DNA from: Psilocybe cubensis
Taxonomy: Eukaryota
Direction of reading: 5' to 3'
Length of the DNA stretch: 64,000 bases
Assembly (NCBI GenBank): GCA_017499595.2
Contig: CM039005.1
Coordinates: 2,666,001-2,730,000, forward strand
The notes under the pieces are model-generated. The model did no database searches. It saw nothing but the letters and a program-made list of their open reading frames with translations, and was not told where the DNA came from. The translations under genes and the position numbers were made by a program. How positions within the stretch are numbered: position 1 is the stretch's first letter; every line of letters starts with the position of its first letter. Positions 10,817-24,285 of this stretch are shown here, in pieces.

Positions 10817-13800
10817 ATGTCCGACGAAAAAAGACCCTGCTTAGGGTGCCATAAACTCTTCGTACCAGGTCGCTCCTTGAAGCAGCATACCAACAAATGT
10901 AAAAAATATCCTGCTGCAATGAGCAAGGTCCTGAAGGGGTTCCAGGAAAACTTCAGCAGGCAGAATCAGAACAGTAATGTTGCCAGTGGTTCTTCGCACC
11001 AGGCAACCCTTAATAATGAGCCCGGGCCTATGGACGTTGATGTCCATCATGAGTATCTCGATGTGGATATGGTACCACCTCCAATGCCCCCTGCGCCTCC
11101 ACCTAAATCACCAACACCACCACCACATCCCCCGACACCACCACCTCCCATTGAACGGCCCAGAGGACTTCCTCCACGCGTTATTAGATTGCCACAGCGC
11201 TTCCGAGACGAGGTCCCACCCGAACCTCCTCTAATTATACCACCAGTCGTGGAGGAGGAACCACCTCAGCCTCAGGAACCTCCATCTGTGGAGAGTCTGT
11301 ATCGAACACCAATGAATGGCTATGGGATATTTCGAGAGTATACCTATGGTCCCCCTTCTATTACTCCTGACGAACATTTCACACTGTCATCAGTGTCCGA
11401 TTCTCCAAATATTGCCAAAGACCCAGCCGACTCTTTGAGAAAGGCGTCAGAGGGAACACCAATGGCCCTACCTTCGGATTGGTCCTTGGATTCTGAGCCA
11501 AAAGACGACAAGAGCTTGCTATTCAAAAATCGTTCTACTCAACTTATCATGTCTTGGTTTTACAACGGCCACGGTACTAAATCCTATGCTGATACCGACA
11601 AATTGATTCACCAAGTCGTACTGGACCCGGATTTTGACCCCAAGGACTTTGATTCCTCCTTTTCTACTGCTCGAGAGGCAGCGCGTCTGGACGAAATCTC
11701 CACCCAAAAAAATTCTACAGATCCTACTTTGTCAGAAGTGTGTCGACCGGAAGCTGGGTGGATCAAGGGCAGCTTTTCAATACCAGTGCCATGCGACGGT
11801 TTCATATTCGATTCGGAAGAGGAGGCTCCTCAATTTGTTGTTGAAAACGTCATGTATCGAAAACCTCTAGAAGTTATCAAACAGGCCTTTGCAGAATGCA
11901 CCTCTGAGACGTATACGACCATACCGTACAGAGAATTTTGGCGTCCCTCACCCGACGAACCACCCGAACGCTTATTCTCAGAGTCCTACGTGGCGGACAT
12001 TTTCAATGAAGAGTATGAAAAGATCAAGTCAGAGCCACGCACAGGTCCCCACAGACACCTGGAGCCCTTTGTCGTTGGTATCGGGATTTTTTCAGATTCT
12101 ACCCACCTGACCAGTTTTGGCGATGCTTCTATATGGCCGATCCTTATGTATATCCTCAACCAGTCAAAATACACCAGAGGGAAACCTAAAGAATTCGCTG
12201 CGCACCATATTGCGTATATCCCTAAAGTAAGTTTGTATTGACTGGCATGTACTATTCATATTAACGTTTGGGTCATAGCTCACAGACACTTTTCAAGATT
12301 GGCATCAGCGACAGTTTGGCAAAGCTGCGACATCTGAAATGCTCACCCATATGAGACGCGAGGTCAATACAGGCGTCTGGGGGCTATTACTTGATGAGGA
12401 TGTCAAACGAGCGTATGCTGAAGGAGAGGCCGTAGAACTGGCCGACAGAGTATGTCGAGCTATGTATCTCCGTTTTATTTTTAGTTCAAATGACTACCCC
12501 GAAAAGTAAGTCAACATTTACTCGTTATTTCGTTTGATAACTAATGTACAAGCAGAATGCTGCAGTCCTGCTGCAAGTGTCGCGGCACTTGCTTGTGTCC
12601 ACGTTGTTTAATTCAAACTATGAATGTCCCAAAGGTTGGATCAAAGATGGATATGCGAAACCGGCTCAAGCTAGCTCGCGTTGACAGCGAAACTCGTCAA
12701 TTTGACATCGAAACTGCCCGTAAAGCATTGTTCTTGGGGAAAAAGGTTAACAGCAAGGCGGTTAATGGCTTGCTGCAACAGACCTCTGCTTTTCCAACTC
12801 GGGTATATTTTTATTTCCTCATATCTACGTATTTTGTCTAAGAGTATTACATAGAACGCTTTTTCCAAGGCTTTATTTGAATATGGCTTCAACTTTTATC
12901 GGATGTTTACTGTCGACTTCATGCACGAAGTGGAACTGGGTGTCTGGAAGGCCCTATTTAGTCACCTACTCCGGATTCTTTATACCTCTAGCAACCAGAA
13001 CGCCATTGCAACTCTGAACAAAAGGTATTGTCGTGATATCTCGATTCTTACTCAAACTAACTATAGATTTAGATACCGCCAAGTCTCCCCTTTCGGCCTC
13101 ACAACTATCCGACGTTTTGCTAGGAATGCTTCAGATATGAAGAAACTGGCAGCACGGGATTTTGAAGATCTCCTTCAGGTAGGCCTCAATTGCGTGTGAT
13201 GTTTGATTTTAATTATTAATGATTCCATAATAGTGCTCTATACCAGTCTTTGAGGGCTTGTTGCCAGAACCTGCACACAATAAAATTATTCAAAACCTCT
13301 TGTTTGAAATGGCGACATGGCACGCCCTAGCCAAGCTTCGACTTCACACCGATACCACTCTGGACGAGTTGGGGAATTCGTGTACTCGGTTATGTGATCT
13401 CCTTCGTCAGTTCCAAAAGGAGGTTTGTAGTCAGTACGCCACTCGCGAGCTTCCATCAGAAACAGCCGCGAGAGGAAGAAGACAGGCAGCCAAGGCCAAA
13501 AAGGCAGCGAGTGCGGGTCTGCCAGTACCTCCGACTCAACCCAATGAACCCAAGACCCGCACGTTCAATATGCAAACGTACAAATTGCATTCCCTTCCCG
13601 ATTACGTCGATTCCATTCGCCAATTTGGCACCACTGACGGCACGAGCACTCAGATGGGCGAAAGCGAGCACAAGAGAGCGAAACTCTTCTACAAACGGGT
13701 CAAGAAAGGTGATCATATTCGAGGTATCGCCAAACACATCTACCGAGAACGTGTGGTACACCGCACTAACCGTGTCGAGATACGCAAGCTGCTGCGTGAG

Positions 13801-14973
13801 GACAGGGAGTTACTGGAGCCCACTCCTCCTGATTTACATTATCACATCTCATCAGACGTGCGTCGAAAGTTAGATATACTACCCTGGATGTCACAAAACC
13901 AAAACGATCCGGCGACAAGGGTAAGCCGGATTTTTCGCTTGTTTTTATATACTCAATGTCGTATTTAGGACTTTATGCTTCGTCTCAAAACTCACCTTTA
14001 TGCCTGCTTATCAGGGGTAAACGAATTCAGTGATAGCATTGGTACCCATGAGCGACTCCAAATCACAATACTCGGTGACCGAATTTACGAACATCAGGTT
14101 CTACGCATCAACTATACTTCGTATGATATGCGTCGAATACAAGATACCTTGAAGCCAAACTCTTCCCGATGTGACATCATGGTACTCGCTAGCAACAAAG
14201 GTGCAGATCAGCAGGTTCATCCTTATTGGTATGCCCGTATCATTGGAATCTACCACGCCAATGTGGTAATATCTACCCCTGATGATTACTACCGTGCCTC
14301 CAAGCACAAAGTGGATTTTCTTCATGTCCGATGGCTGGGTGTTTGTGAAGATTGCCATTACGGTTGGAAATATAGAAGGCTTCCACAGTTGGCGTTTGGT
14401 GATATCAATGACTCTGCGTCGTTTGGTTTTGTGGACCCATCCCTCGTACTTCGTGCAACCCATTTGATCCCTCGCTTCATTCTTGGAAAAATACCGACTC
14501 TCGGCCCATCTGTAGCTTATAGAAGCAAAGAAAATAATGAAGGGGAAGAATGGGAGAGATATTATGTCAATTTGTGAGTACATTTAGTCACTTCTTACCT
14601 TTTACTAATTTTTTACAGTTTTGTGGATCGCGACATGGTCATGCTGTACAGAGGGGGTGGAGTTGGCCACGCTAGCACGCGAGCCGCTACCGATTCTCTT
14701 AGGCAAGACCGACGTGCAGACGACATTGCCTCTCGCAAAAAACGCCGCGAGGCACATGAAGCTCCCGATCCTGATCTGGAACCAGATGGGGCCTCAGACC
14801 AGGAGCAAGACGCTCAGGACCAGGCTGAAGTGGCACCTGAAAACAGCGCCGATTCTGATGACAATGAAGACGACAGCGACCAGCATACCGATTCTGAAGA
14901 GGAGGAGGAGGAGGAAAGCGACGAGGATGAGGACCGGGGTGACCTCGATGAACTCGGGTTTGCTGAATACTAA
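10817..14973 (+). CDS. Plavaka transposase (multi-exon)
   Basis: N-terminal Zn-finger-like CLGC..H..KC. Motifs FSDSTHLTSFGDASIWP..NQSKYTRGKP..HHIAYIP, DYPEK, CPRC, VDFMHEVELGVWK, KKLAARDFEDLLQ, TYKLHSLPDY, GESEHK and RINYTSYDMRR..HPYWYARIIGIYH, then an acidic tail. Confidence 0.92.
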
Positions 14974-15194
14974 CTGTAGCTTTATGTGAGTCTGTCGTTG
15001 ATTCTCTTGTACCTCTACTAACACCTTTTTAGATGTATCCTTGTCTTGGCGAGTAATACACAATACTTTTCTTGATTTTCGCGTGATTCGGTAAGGAAAT
15101 GTATTGATATTTAACTGAAATTTTATTGTAACATCCCTATACATCGCTGTACGCCCTTTGGGCTCTACTCTCTCATTGTGCAACTACGTATGTG

Positions 15195-15306
15195 TGCCTT
15201 ACCCCCTTCACATCAACCCTCATACACCACCTTAGCTGCAGCCCGACACGTGCCTTACCCCCCTCACATCAACCCTCATACACCACCTTAGCTGCAGCCC
15301 GACACG
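15195..15306. repeat. Tandem duplication, 2 x 56 bp
   Basis: tgccttaccccc(t/c)tcacatcaaccctcatacaccaccttagctgcagcccgacacg starts at 15195 and again at 15251. Confidence 0.92.
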
Positions 15307-15394
15307 ATACCGCCCTTATATTTCAGCGATAAGGACAGCACCGAGCATCGCCCCCAACCCAGTTCCGCAGCCTATTTCGACCTGGACGTGCCTG

Positions 15395-15838
15395 GCGCGC
15401 GCCACGCGTGTGCTGCGTATGCGTGCGCCACGCGTTTGAGGCGTATGCGTGCGCCACGCGTGTGCTGCGTATGCGCGCGCCACGCGTGTGTTGCGTATTG
15501 CGCGCGCCACGCGTTTGATGCGCGCGCCACGCGTTTGATGCGTATGCGCGCGCCGCGCGTTTGATGCGCGCGCCACGCGTTTGATGCGCGCACCACGCGT
15601 TTGATGCGCGCACCACGCGTTTGATGCGCGCACCACGCGTTTGATGCGCGCACCACGCGTTTGATGCGCGCGCCACGCGTGTGATGCGCGCGCCACGCGT
15701 GTGATGCGTATTGCGCGCGCCACGCGTGTGATGCGTATTGCGCGCGCCACGCGTGTGATGCGTATGCGCGCGCCACGCGTGTGATGCGTATGCGCGCGCC
15801 ACGCGTGTGTTGCGTATGCGCGCGCCACGCGTGTGCGT
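15395..15838. repeat. CpG-rich minisatellite, ~19 units of 20-27 bp with core gcgcgCCACGCGT
   Basis: 18 exact CCACGCGT cores plus one variant, counted by eye. Confidence 0.95.
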
Positions 15839-15967
15839 GTTTGTCCAGATACAAAGAGGCGTCGATACGGGGAGGGAGGGGTATACATGGATGTGTTTTG
15901 AAAAATAAAACTTGATTTCATTGTACACGCGTCACGGTAAACTCAGAGTGCCTGTCAAACGGGCCCT

Positions 15968-16486
15968 TTATTCCATCATCTCAACGTCCTGATCATCCCC
16001 CTCCCCATCGCGCATCTCGACGTCGCTGTCTTCGACGGTCCCCGAGTCCTCGATACGATTTTCGACTGCGACAACCTGTTCCTCCCGCTCTCGAATTTCG
16101 CCGTGGGTCGAAACGACGGGTTCGGTGTCGACTCGCCCGGTCGCGGGCTCTTCTACGCTGACAACGATCTCGACCTTGTTGTCGGTATCGACGTTGACGC
16201 CGATTTTTGCGTGCCCGTTGCGGCCATCGACGGCGACGTTGAGCCTGAGGCCGTCGCAATCGATCGCGAGGCCGAATTGTACTCCTTGGGGTGCAAAAAA
16301 AAATTAACAGTGAGTACTTACTTTGAATATTGAAGACTCACCTTGCTCATCCATTTGTCGTCTTCCGTTAACTCTTGTTATGCCGTTAGAAAGCTGTGGT
16401 GACTCGCTGGCGCGCTGTGGCGGGTTTGGTGGTGGTGGTGGTGGTGGTGGTGGTGGTGGTAGTTGAAAAGAAGCACGCGCCGCCAT
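15968..16486 (-). CDS. Small two-exon hypothetical protein with a poly-Pro N-terminus and an acidic C-terminus
   Basis: MAARASFQLPPP..MDEQ, then a GTGAGT..AG intron, then in-frame GVQFGLAIDCDGLRLNVAVDG..DVEMME*. Confidence 0.55.
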
Positions 16487-16911
16487 CGTTGATGACTGCG
16501 GCGCGCTTTTCCACGCCCGTTTTGGTCATCGTCGTCGACGATGAGCTCGATATCGACGAATTTTGAACGGATTAATGTAGTTATTACATGTATACGTAGA
16601 GAAATATAACGCTTACCGTGATTGGAACTTCGTTTGAGCGATCGTATGTTATATTTAACACACGCGCCGGGCCAAGACATACGGCCCCTATGTCGCCCGG
16701 TTATGTAATGTCCGGTCAACCGGACTTGTCGTAAACATACGAAAATTCTTACTTGATTTTGCAGGGTAAAACAAATAATTGTTTGCATATTGTAAAGCTA
16801 ATAAAAATATTACTTAACATTGTAAACCGGGCCCCGAAATTTGGGTGCATTTGTAAGACCAAAAATTTATTGTATTGGATTACATTGCTTTGTAATCTAC
16901 TGTCTGTTTAG

Positions 16912-17104
16912 TTGATGCATGCGGGAGAGTCACAAGGTCTCGCTTGCAGCCTCGTCCGATGGATGTATTTATCTGTGGGAAAAAAGTAGCCAGCGCGTTG
17001 AAACTCGAATGCTCTTCAATTGCGTTGGAGCTAAAAAGCTTGTATTTGCTGCTGTCCTAGCCGTTGCTTGCGTTAAATGGTCGTCGTACTTTTTTGCTGT
17101 ATGA
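16912..17104 (+). pseudogene. Probable 3' exon of the interrupted WD40 gene
   Basis: After a tttag acceptor it encodes LAASSDGCIYLWEK and a hydrophobic segment. This matches the paralog's IASAS..LHIWQW plus TM segment. A frameshift appears to be needed. Confidence 0.55.
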
Positions 17105-19286
17105 ACTTACCAACTTGCCTTGGTTGTATTTCTAATGGATCATCTACCCTTAGGTGTTGGCCTTCTTGACTTCAAAGGCAGACAAATACGGCCTTCTCAA
17201 AGCAAACGAGGGATATTTATGACCGTAGTTCATGTTGCTAGTTAGGCGCACTCACGGTAATATAGATTTGAATTCGCCTTGTTTTAATGTCAGGAAGTGG
17301 TTAGAGGCACTGACCTAAAAATCTGGGTTACATACACAGCTTAAGGCGGTGTGTAAGTAATAAAGGCGTACTTGGGTGACATCGTCATGGGAGTCGAGTG
17401 CGTGTGTTAACGTCTTTTCTATAGCTGCAATGTGCCCGAGTCGAAGTTGGGAAAGGCAAAGCCAAGTGCTCTGTACTCTGGAAGAAGAAAGGTGCGATCG
17501 CTAATGGTCCGTCCACACCGTGCTCAGCGAGGACAGCTCCTGGGTTATCGCGTCTGTCATTGGTGTACTTCCTTCCCACTCCCGGTAAGCAGAGAATTTT
17601 TTCTGTTTTCTGATATCTGCATCAACTGAGCAAAAATGATCAAGGTTTTCCCGCTGCTTGGGATTTCGTTTGAACTTGTTGATTTGACCCTAACTCTCAC
17701 CATGGACACTAAACTCGAAGGCTATCCTGTTGATGAAGATCCCTCTATCATCATTAAAGCACCGCGTAAGCTCTTGATGTTGCCCGCGAGGGACATGGTC
17801 GCTGAGACCTCGCTGAAATTCTGTTACAATTTCAGGAAAGGTGGATTTCGATCGTTGCATTCGGTTGGTTCACACCACTCAAGGTTGCATTCCCAAACAC
17901 AGTGCTCGTAAGCGAATTCGAACCACCTGATGTAGATGGGGAGATTTTCACGGGAGGCCGACGGATGTTGACTGAGCTACAAACGAGGATCCAAAGTCTT
18001 GATTGAGATGGATTTGCCGCTCTGTTCCCAATTTCAGTGTTTCTCCCTGATTTAAACTAATAGGGTGCTACTATTATTCACTCTTTCTTTGTCTCCCATT
18101 CTTATATTCTACAACAGATCCAGGGACAAAATGGCCCACTCCTCAGGCTCTCAGTTTTATTTCGAGGACCGAGACATCCCTGAAAGCGCCTACCCCGCCT
18201 AGATTGGTTGACTCAACAATGAAAAGGTAGACGAACTCGTCTACGGAAATGATACGGGAGAATAAAGAATTTCCCAAGGCCTTCGACCACTGCAAGGTAA
18301 ATTTCCTGTGCTCTCATGTATCAGAATTCCTGGCAGATCATGATCGCCTTCAGGCTGACACGAAGCCTCCTGAACTTCCGTGTTCTTCTCCGGATAAGAT
18401 GGCCTCCTTTTCTTTTTTCATTCCTTGTTCTCCGAAATCTCTCTCAAAATAAAATTCTTTCACAATGGGGCGTAACTCCTAGACTCTTCCATCAAATAAC
18501 AAACGATGGATTGACTCCATTGAATTCTCCCTGTTGTACATGTACTCCTTCCATGCTCACAGCGTAAACCTGCTTTCATGCGGCCCATCTATCTCCCAGA
18601 CCGGCCGAATCCCCGTACGCGCAGGCTATATCAACTGCTGGCGTCAGATCGTCCTCTTACCTCGGGATTCGGACAAATCGTGAAATTATAGGCAATAGTC
18701 ACAGCGATCATTGAGCATTTGTAATCAGGAAGCACTTAGGGTCCAAGAGCGTTGTGTGTGGCATTGTGGTGCTGGTGCATGCTGGTATGATCGGTTGTGA
18801 GTGCAGGTGCGGTAGCTGTGGCTTCCCATGAGATAAGGATTTGATGCGCAACGGGCGTTTCCCAACATGTCAGCCGCCACATCCAATGCTTACAGTGTGC
18901 TTTTGCTTTGCGGCTGGTGTTTAACGCATACGCCATCACACCGCTGCAAGACGGGCGTACTAAGTACGTGAGTTATGTGATGGTGCTGGATCAAAGTGAC
19001 AGTGTAGGTCGTCTATGAAGCAAACTGCTTGACTAGACGAGCCTGCCGCGGACACCGACGAAGATCGGCGAGTTACCACTTCGCGTAACCTGTCTCTCGT
19101 TGTACTCAAACACACGGAGAAGAAGACAAGTGAATTGCAAGTCTACGTCACCTGTTAAATTTTTGTTTTCAATTTCTCTGAATACTTACAGAAGTGCTGT
19201 TTGGATTCCATCATACACGGCGGTTCATTGACTAAGCAGTTTCTTCGGACACACAAATAGTCGGTTATGACTTATAATTGCAGATT

Positions 19287-20068
19287 TTAAAACCAAAAAT
19301 GAAGGCGCGTAGTTAAATCAGGATCGCCAAAAGTACGGGAGTCCACTAGAATGCCATCAAGCATCTCCGCTGTTTCGATGCTACTATCAGCTATCTCCGG
19401 TATATCTATGTTTCTCAGCTCATGAGCAGCGCCAGACTTAGCTTCCAACCTATTGTAAATAGGCTTGGTGGTGCGAGGTGAGGTTGTTGCGCTATTCACA
19501 ATGAAACGGTGCTCAAAATGACTCTGTAGCCGGATCTCGATCCGGTTCTCATATATTAAGATCTCCAATTTGGTCTATGGTCATGGGAAAGAATTAAAGG
19601 ACCAGGCCCGGTTAATTGACGCTGCCACAGATTATGACAGGAGCAAAGCGTACATACCACGGTATGATTCAATCTATCAAGTGGGGATCGCTATCGTAAT
19701 GACCAACACAATCAATGTTAAAAATACACCCTCATTATTTCGCGAACAAAGCGTACCTCACTCAAATTAACTTCAAGCGAGGTCCAAGACGTAGTAAAGA
19801 TAGTATTTCTATCATGTATTGGTCTCGGTGAGCGATGAATTGTTATTGCTTTTGAAGTTGCTCCACGTTGACCCAGGATAAAGTTTGCTGAGGGTTCGTG
19901 CTGAGCGATATCAATGGATTCGGTGACTGAAGACTCAGAGGCAATAAGCGGATATTCTGTATCATACTGAGGTAGAAGTGGTGTTGGTTGGGCTCGGATA
20001 GAAGGTGTAGCGAGCGGGGGGATATGTCTTCGACCCCGAGGAATGTAGCAAGTAGAAAGGTTGATCAT
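19287..20068 (-). CDS. Hypothetical multi-exon protein, possibly degenerate
   Basis: ORFs 19718-20185 and 19287-19568 are linked by GT..AG intron-like segments. No domain recognised. Confidence 0.3.
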
Positions 20069-20561
20069 TCTAGTAAATTCGAATGTTTGGTTTGAAATGT
20101 GAGCAATGGGGCGAGATAAGATATAAAGCTTTGAACAATAGGGGGAAATCATGCATGCGGAATGCGCGTGGCACTGAGGACACAACGAATAAAGATAAGC
20201 AATTCATTTCGTTTCCTATCTTCTCTTCTACTTTGTCGCACCACATGGCGAAGACTCAACAGGTCAAGCCTCAATAGTAGATTGTGAACCAAATTAATTC
20301 TTTTCACCCCGGCTACATTAGGTTCCAGATTGCCGACCTTGAATATGATTTGTATACAAGAAATCTCAGAGACTGGAAGAGCACGTCTTCCATGGTGCCT
20401 TTAGAAGCCTCTCCAATAGTCTGGCCCTCCAACTTCATTCGTCAATGGAGTTGATGCGGGTTTAACCATATCTATTTCATCGGGCCTTTATGTAACAACA
20501 TACGCCACATCTTTCTCTGAAGATTTAAGAGTCTCCCTCCGTTAAGACGCCCACCTCTTCA

Positions 20562-21568
20562 ATGCACATCAAGCAGGGTAAGTGCGCCGATCCCAACTTA
20601 AATGTCAAAAGGGAGCTCACTTTCTCATCATACTACGTAGAGGGAATAAAACCTGTCTCTGGGTCTAACGACCTTCCCGACGCCAAAACAGAAGGAGACT
20701 ACAATAATAACGAGTTCATTTTGGCCGATGACTATGTCGACACTCTGACAACAGAAGATCTAAGGCTTCTCCATGAGGCCGAAGAGAGGGCCCTCCGTAA
20801 CGCCCCTCCTATTACCCAAACTTCTTCTCCCCAACGCACAGGAAACTATGCTGCATACGTGGTATTCTGTGGTAGATCAACCGGCGTCTTCAGAACTTGG
20901 TGAGCATATAGATCGCGGTTGAGATGATAAGGTGGCACCAGTCCTCATTATTTTTTTTGCTCACAGGGCAGCTACCAAGGCTCAAGTCTCAGGGTGGCCC
21001 GGTGGGTGCCAAAAAGGATATAATTCTCTTAAGGAGGCCCAGGATGCATGGGTGTATTCTTTGGCCAATGGTACCGGCCGCGAGTCAGGGACGCTGGGTC
21101 CAAACATCAATCGCAGTCCTGCCCGTCCCTATTCACCTCCAAAAAGATCAACAACTATCACTCCAGATGCTGTTGCTTTTGACCCTTCTGTCGTCATTGA
21201 GGGATTAACACAGCTCTCTCTCAATGAAGGTAAAAGCTTCACCACTTCATCTCCAAAGACAAATTCTAGAGCGGACGCGCCTACCCCGAAAAACAAGAGA
21301 TCGCCTCACCGGGAAGATGTTTCTTTCTCAACACTTGACGTTTGGTGGGTCGTGTATAAAGGGTCCAAGCCGGGAGTGTATCACAGTCTGTAAGAGTTAT
21401 CTATCACTACGATCGAGCTGTACCTCATAAATTAAATACTTTAGTCGTGATGCTCTGTCGGCATCAGGGACTCACCCAAAACGACTCCTCGGCAAGGCCG
21501 CTTCTGAAGATATGGCTAATCAAGAATTTGTCAATGCCTCCATGAGCGGACTGGTCGAATGCTTATAG
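20562..21568 (+). CDS. Protein with two RNase H1 N-terminal-like (Cauli_VI / hybrid-binding) domains
   Basis: YVVFCGRSTGVFRTW/AATKAQVSGWPGGCQKGYNSLKEAQDAW and WWVVYKGSKPGVY, joined across introns. No RNase H catalytic domain seen. Confidence 0.75.
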
Positions 21569-22882
21569 GAAACCGGGGTCCTATATTTATAATGTAACAA
21601 ATGTCCCTCCGTTTGCATTGTGTACCTATGACAATAGGTATACATATGAATGATTGGGTATGATTTGAGGGAAGCTTTGAGAAGGATGAGTTGAAATGGC
21701 TGGTCATTCGCGTTCAAGAATTCACGCGTAACGTGCTAATGGCCTCTGTCTAGACTCTTTGTGGAGAACTGATAAACAAGGCCCCGGGTATAACTTGCGA
21801 AAAAAATATATTCCCTATGTTCTTCGGGCTGTCTCGGTCAAAATAATGGAAAGATAAAATATTTCCACCCTCATCATCCTTTCTCGCGTCCCGTTTTATG
21901 TTGCGATGCCTTGCGCTTGAATTCGTCGATCGTTAATTTTTATGAATGTGTTTGCTCTTTGTGTTTCATTCGGAAAGACCAGTTCAACGCCACAGAAATC
22001 TAAGAGAAGGCGTGAACAGTGTCACCAGCTTCGTCCTCTTCTTTTTGGGAGAGTTGAATGTAGTGAAATGGAGGTTATTCTTTGCACTCGGAGTCGGACC
22101 GTAATGCAAACGTTGCATTTTCAAGTCCATCCATATTTCCTCGGAATGGTGATTCAAAGTTCACCTGAATGGAGGTAAATGCACCCAATGCTTGTTTCTT
22201 TCAGGAATCTTATCTTTTTTTCTGTTCTCGAAGTCAGACGTTGCAATTGATCACCGTATACGTTAGGTCGCTCAGATTTTGCATGAGTATGACAACATCT
22301 GACCAGGCCAGGGATCGATGACTTCTACGACAATTGTTGATACTCAAATTGTGCCCAATTGTAAGTAATCAAACACATTCCTGAGTGAAAATTGCATTCT
22401 ATGGAACCCCCGGCTTGACGCTAACCTAGCCACTTATTAAACTTCAGAACCTGAATCAAGCATTTCTCCTACCTACTGTCCGCCTAGGTTACTTACATCT
22501 GGCGTCGTGTGCATTCAAATCTCCGGCGTTCGTTATTGCACATTTCACGTGTTGCCATGTCCTCATGGCAGTCCTCGAGGATTTTGGAAACAAAGGGGAT
22601 TTCTGCTCGGGTCGTTTAGTCGTTTGAAGTGTTTTCACCTTCACCTTTCAAATCGCTGACTTTTTAACTGCAAAGAACTGTAATCGAAACCATGGTTGCG
22701 ACCAGACAAAGCATGGTGCGTCGTTTATACAGAGACAAAGGTTCTCCATTCATTTATTGTTGGAAGAATTATACTAGCAAGCCAATCAACATGGTGAGAT
22801 CAGCCTCTCCGTCAATTCATGTATCTCATATTCCTGCTAGTCCATTGGGTTTGTCCATACAAGGGGAACGCTTGACCATTAT

Positions 22883-23844
22883 GTGGCGGTACTACGCCAA
22901 AAGCCTGAAATGGCAAATACCATCGATATCCTCGACATCTCCTTGCTCGACCTGACCAAGCCGTTACCGATATTGAAAGTCAAGAGTTTGCTCGCCTTTG
23001 CCGCCAACATAACGACTCTTTCTATAGACATTACCGGGATTTCGTCTCGCCAAGCCCGTCTGCTTATAAAGGATATTAAATTAGATTCATTAATCGCCTT
23101 TTCGACTTCCACTCTGCCTCATGACGCTGCAGCTCTATTCTTCGTCAATCATCCAAGGATAGTCTCGCTTTCTATCGGTATCTGTACAGAGCACAGTGGC
23201 AGTTGTGATCTCTTGCACGTACCGCGACTCCAACTACTTGAGGAAATAAGAGGCCCAGCAGCATGTAGCGTCAACATTGTTTCTTCGCAAACTAGGACGA
23301 TCGCCGTATCCCATGGCACCGCGAATGAATGCATCGCCCTTTTCGCAGGTCTACGCGACACTAACGCCGTAGTTTTTACTCTTGACATCCCTTTTGTCCA
23401 CAAAGACGTCTACATTTTGATCCAGGGATTGCAAGCATTACCCACGGTCTCAGCTTTACGACTGCGTGAAGCAGAGACAATGAATTCGACGGTAAGCGTT
23501 ATAAATAACCTGTTTTCCTGTGACGTCACCTTCATCCTTTCCAGAGTTATAAATGGTTACACAATCAACTCTGGAATACGGCATTTCGTCGCATGCACAA
23601 TCTTAAACAATTCGAGCTTCGAACGAGCACAGCTTTGATTGCCAATCCCGGTGCGATGGAAGAAGAAAGATGGTTGATCGGTTCTTGGGTGGGCGCTTCT
23701 CAGAAGAAGTTGGAGCGCATCATTCTTCTTTATAATTATTCAGAAAACACAATTACAAGCGAATGGAAGAAAAGTCGAGGATCAGTATGGGAACGGTATT
23801 CTGTTCGAATTGAAACCACCCGTACCAGTCAAGAACCGCGGTGA
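22883..23844 (+). CDS. Hypothetical LRR-like protein; 5' end unclear, possibly degenerate
   Basis: Leu-rich periodicity (ITTLSIDI, IVSLSIG, LEEIRGP, VSALRLR) and an intron at ~23492-23544. Confidence 0.4.
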
Positions 23845-24285
23845 GAAATGTATGTCTGTATCTACTCCATCTGCCTTTCGTAGCACTAACAACACTACTC
23901 AGATTTGAGACTATATTAAGACAGTGGCGTTATGGTTCAGCCATTTAGTCTTCACACCAGCAGTTGTTTCTACGTTTTAAAGGTATACAGCCTGCTACTT
24001 TTCTTGACTTTAAATATAGAGGAAGATCCTTGTCTGAGATGAGATTCTGTGACCGCTTCTCAACCTGAACCCAGAAAGGTAAAACATTTGTGTCGCAGCG
24101 TAACTTAATATACTCAGAAGGTTACACAACGCTTAATGCATTAGAGTAAACCAGAACTGAAGTTCGTAAACCTTCGAATCAGTTACGATGAGGTGTAGAA
24201 ATACATATACCCCCAGAATTATACAAGATAGAGAGAATTAGCATACTGTGTGTTGATATGGATTCTCCCATGGTATTGATCACTT

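Larger units (their letters stand above)
3368..16900 (+). mobile_element. Plavaka-type DNA transposon (~13.5 kb) with cargo genes
   Basis: Terminal inverted repeats: gtagattacaaagcattgtaa at 3368 versus the reverse complement of 16880-16900, gtagattacaaagcaatgtaa (20/21 match). ATTGTAA-like subterminal motifs occur at both ends. It contains a Plavaka transposase, and the flanks are two halves of a WD40 gene. No clear TSD. Confidence 0.75.

Noticed and set aside
15316-15928. Three overlapping 160-201-aa minus-strand ORFs
   Set aside because: These are by-products of a stop-free minisatellite.
17385-19200. Genes in the short ORFs of this interval
   Set aside because: The ORFs are fragmentary and stop-riddled with no recognisable motif; at most a decayed pseudogene.
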